Source: Candidatus Saccharimonadota bacterium (GTDB lineage Bacteria; Patescibacteriota; Gracilibacteria; BD1-5; UBA2023). From it: a stretch of DNA of 32,000 bases. The notes under the pieces were generated by a model that worked only from the letters and a program-made list of their open reading frames with translations, made no database searches and was not told the origin of the DNA. The stretch's first letter is position 1. The number at the start of each line of letters is the position of its first letter. The stretch is from the NCBI GenBank assembly GCA_963706795.1, contig OY970170.1, forward strand, positions 450,001-482,000, given 5' to 3'. Both the position numbers and the translations under genes were made by a program. Below are positions 29,913-32,000 of the stretch, one piece after another.

Positions 29913-30521
29913 TTAGAAGAGTCTCATAAGACTCGTTTCTTCGAGTTCAATAACTCCACGCTTCACGAGTTCACCAAAGGACTTTGCTGTGGCTTCCACG
30001 TCGATCATCGCATCATGCGCGCCTTCGAACCATGTATCGAAGAGGAATTTGTGGAGCTCACTGAGCTTTGGCGCCTTGAAACTAAATCCACGCCCCTGGA
30101 GTTTGCAATACTCAGTCGATGAACGCATCGTACATACTGATTTGATCGGCTGATAGTCACCAGGTCGCCCAATACGTGCAAGTTCATCTCGGATTACTTG
30201 TTCATCGTATTCAATATTATGCCCAACAACAACGTCTGTGGTATTGAGATACTTGATGAATTTTTGATATACCTCCTCGATATATGGCGCATCTTCGACA
30301 TCTTTATCATAGATTCCATGAACCTGCGAAGCTCCAAACGGAATAGAGATGCGTGGCTTAATAAAAATATTCACGCGCTCGATTTCTACGAAGCCGTTTT
30401 CCTTAGAAATTTCACCAAGAATTCCCGCAAATTGAACAATATACGGCTGCTCTGCCAAGGTTCCTCCCCTGACGCTAAAACCGGTCGTTTCCGTGTCGAA
30501 TACAAATGCTTTCATGGGCAT
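29913..30521 (-). CDS. DEDDh 3'-5' exonuclease, DNA polymerase III epsilon (DnaQ)-like
   Basis: ExoI FVFDTETTG, ExoII VVGHNIEYDEQVI, ExoIII GAHDAMIDVEAT. A TATAAT (30526-31) sits immediately upstream, so the true start may be the second Met at 30515. TAA stop. Confidence 0.85.
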   Translation of the reverse strand: MPMKAFVFDTETTGFSVRGGTLAEQPYIVQFAGILGEISKENGFVEIERVNIFIKPRISIPFGASQVHGIYDKDVEDAPYIEEVYQKFIKYLNTTDVVVGHNIEYDEQVIRDELARIGRPGDYQPIKSVCTMRSSTEYCKLQGRGFSFKAPKLSELHKFLFDTWFEGAHDAMIDVEATAKSFGELVKRGVIELEETSLMRLF

Positions 30522-30634
30522 GGATTATAGGGAGAAGGGGTGAAAATCAAGGGTGAAAATTACAATATGAGAGTTCTATTTTGCTATCAGAATCTGCCCC
30601 TTATACTTTCTCGAGTTCTATCAACTTTCAGTCT

Positions 30635-31192
30635 ATGAAAAAACCTCGCGTCATATATCTCCACGGAAATGATGCAACTCATTGGTCTTTTGCTTGGGCG
30701 CCCTGGCTAAAAAGCGAATTGGAGAAGTGAGGCTATCCAGTGTTTTTTGAAACATTTCCAGATTCGATCATGGCACGAAGTGAATACTGGTTGCCATTCT
30801 TAAAAGAACATATTCAAGCCTGAGAGAATGACATCCTCGTAGGATGGTCTTCCGGTGCTGTAGCAGCTATGAGATACGCCGAACAGCAGAAGATTCTGTG
30901 ATCTATCCTTGTTGGAGCATGCTATACAGATTTAGGTGATGACAAGGAGAAGATTTCTGGCTACTATTCTCAGCCCTGGTTATGGGAAAAGATACGCGGG
31001 AACCAAGATTGGATTGTACAATTTGGCTCCGTAGATGACCCCTGTATTCCCATAGAGGAAAGCAGGTTTGTTAATACTAAACTCAATTCAGAGTATACCG
31101 AATTTCCTGACCGTGAACACTTTGGTTGGCCAACAAAGATGTTAGAGTTTCCTGAGTTACTAGATGCGATTATTCACTATACAGGTAAGTAG
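30635..31192 (+). CDS. alpha/beta serine hydrolase, YdeN/RBBP9 family (185 aa)
   Basis: Not present in the standard-code track. ATG 30635 with three in-frame TGA gives VIYLHGNDATHW...ILVGWSSGAVAA (GxSxG)...QFGSVDDPCIP...REHFGW. TAG stop at 31190-92. Confidence 0.75.
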
Positions 31193-31338
31193 GTAACTCT
31201 TTTTATGAATATCACAAAAAACAATAGCATAGCACTTAGAGTTTAATTATTTATACGTTCTGGTACGAGTGGTATCCGCATTGGCACAGCTTGAATCGCT
31301 CTCCATGAAGAAAAGATTTATGAAAGAAAGGAGGTAAT

Positions 31339-31366
31339 TTGCAAAACCTATCCTGACCCATAGAAT
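31339..31366 (+). promoter_or_regulatory. candidate promoter TTGCAA-N16-TAGAAT
   Basis: The -35 is at 31339-44 and the -10 at 31361-66, upstream of the SD-led membrane-protein ORF. Confidence 0.45.
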
Positions 31367-31411
31367 GCACCAGATTGAGATCCCTCAATCATAGACGCCA
31401 CGGAGGTTCAT

Positions 31412-31741
31412 ATGAAATACATTTTGCATCTCACAAAAATCAATACATTGACGGGTTTAGTAATCTGCTTGTTTATATTTGAGAGAGACGGGGATCGTAC
31501 ACGTTTTATGGGTATGGATCATACGGAGATTGGATGTATTTTATTTCTAATACATATATTGATCTCTGTAATGTTCGCGCACTACGTCATACACCTTGAT
31601 GATGAATGGTTATGCAGAAGCGATATACACTATAATGAAAGGTTACGAATGCACCGCTTGGGCAATAAAAAGTTATGTGGTTTTCATGTAGCATACACCA
31701 CAATCTTGCTAGGCTATATATGCAATGTTTACCTGAGTTGA
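31412..31741 (+). CDS. orphan small membrane protein (109 aa; 114 aa ending at 31756 under table 25) with canonical SD
   Basis: GGAGG lies 5 nt upstream of ATG 31412. Hydrophobic segments LTGLVICLFIF, IGCILFLIHILISVMFAHYVI and VAYTTILLGYICNVYL. The local sequence is AT-rich. It ends at TGA 31739-41. Confidence 0.5.
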   Translation: MKYILHLTKINTLTGLVICLFIFERDGDRTRFMGMDHTEIGCILFLIHILISVMFAHYVIHLDDEWLCRSDIHYNERLRMHRLGNKKLCGFHVAYTTILLGYICNVYLS

Positions 31742-31810
31742 CACTCCACCTGCTAAAATCTGATCTACACCAACTTCAGCATTGTCTGTATGATCAACAA
31801 TCTATAAAAT

Positions 31811-31839
31811 AAAGCCCATCCTTATTCGGATGGGCTTTT
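31811..31839 (+). terminator. rho-independent terminator
   Basis: aaagcccatcc (31811-21) pairs with ggatgggcttt (31828-38), followed by a T-run. Confidence 0.8.
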
Positions 31840-31932
31840 ACTTATAACAGAAGTAGTCTCTAGGAATTCTTCAAAAACGATGGGATTTGTATGAAGACTG
31901 CCGCTAGCGCCCCCTATTGTGAGGTTACCGGA

Positions 31933-32000
31933 GTGCGGTGTAGCAGTGCTACACCAAACGAGGAAACGCAAAGCCTGAACACGAAGATCGAAGCTATTTA
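31933..32000 (+). mobile_element. possible 5' end of a group II intron (truncated by the window edge)
   Basis: GTGCG start followed by the hairpin GTGTAGCAGTGCTACAC, then GAGGAAAC and CCTGAACACGAAGATCGAAGC. From memory this resembles domain I 5' sequences of bacterial group II introns (for example ...CCCGAACUGUGAAGGCAGAAG...). Confidence 0.3.

Noticed and set aside
30538-30560. Direct repeat GGTGAAAAT x2 upstream of the hydrolase gene as a regulator binding site
   Set aside because: It is only 9 nt, has two copies and sits in a purine-rich intergenic stretch. The evidence is insufficient.
1-32000. UGA = Trp (table 4) as the explanation for the in-frame TGA codons
   Set aside because: The TGA positions align with invariant Gly residues, not Trp: the GGM repeat of GroEL, GADDY, DxGxG, FDSGxGG, YFGGGTP and HKGY. 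TGG is also used normally for Trp, for example in secD and the hydrolase.

Overview
This 32 kb chromosomal window comes from a bacterium that reads UGA as glycine (translation table 25, Gracilibacteria/Absconditabacteria type). The standard-code ORF track therefore breaks almost every gene. Reading through TGA merges the fragments into about 30 full-length genes. By my manual count there are about 70 in-frame TGA codons, many at invariant Gly positions. On the minus strand lie a >=724 aa ORFan, a RumA-type rRNA methyltransferase, a histidine kinase plus OmpR-type regulator, groES-groEL with a CIRCE-like operator, a 592 aa ORFan, a 1031 aa + 151 aa ORFan operon, hemW, tRNA-Thr(GGU), adk, RNase P RNA (type A) and a DnaQ-like exonuclease. 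On the plus strand lie rnhB, several secreted proteins and a lipoprotein, a MOSC protein, secD, a HAD hydrolase, murI, murD, a sigma70 fragment-like gene, murC, a Nudix hydrolase and a YdeN/RBBP9-type hydrolase. Native genes have no Shine-Dalgarno sequence, and some look leaderless. Three short intergenic islets stand out because their orphan ORFs carry canonical GGAGG/AAGGAG ribosome-binding sites, their own sigma70-type promoters and their own terminators. The most striking islet (about 11.4-12.85 kb, between the groES and secD promoters) encodes a signal-peptide protein and a 93 aa XRE-type HTH protein. These are followed by four SD-led micro-ORFs, three of them exactly 13 codons long. Other points worth a second look are a 26 bp near-perfect long-range stem at 6169-6332, a 101 aa sigma70 region 1.2-2 fragment between murD and murC, and a possible group II intron 5' end at the right edge. 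No CRISPR array, rRNA or transposase gene is visible.
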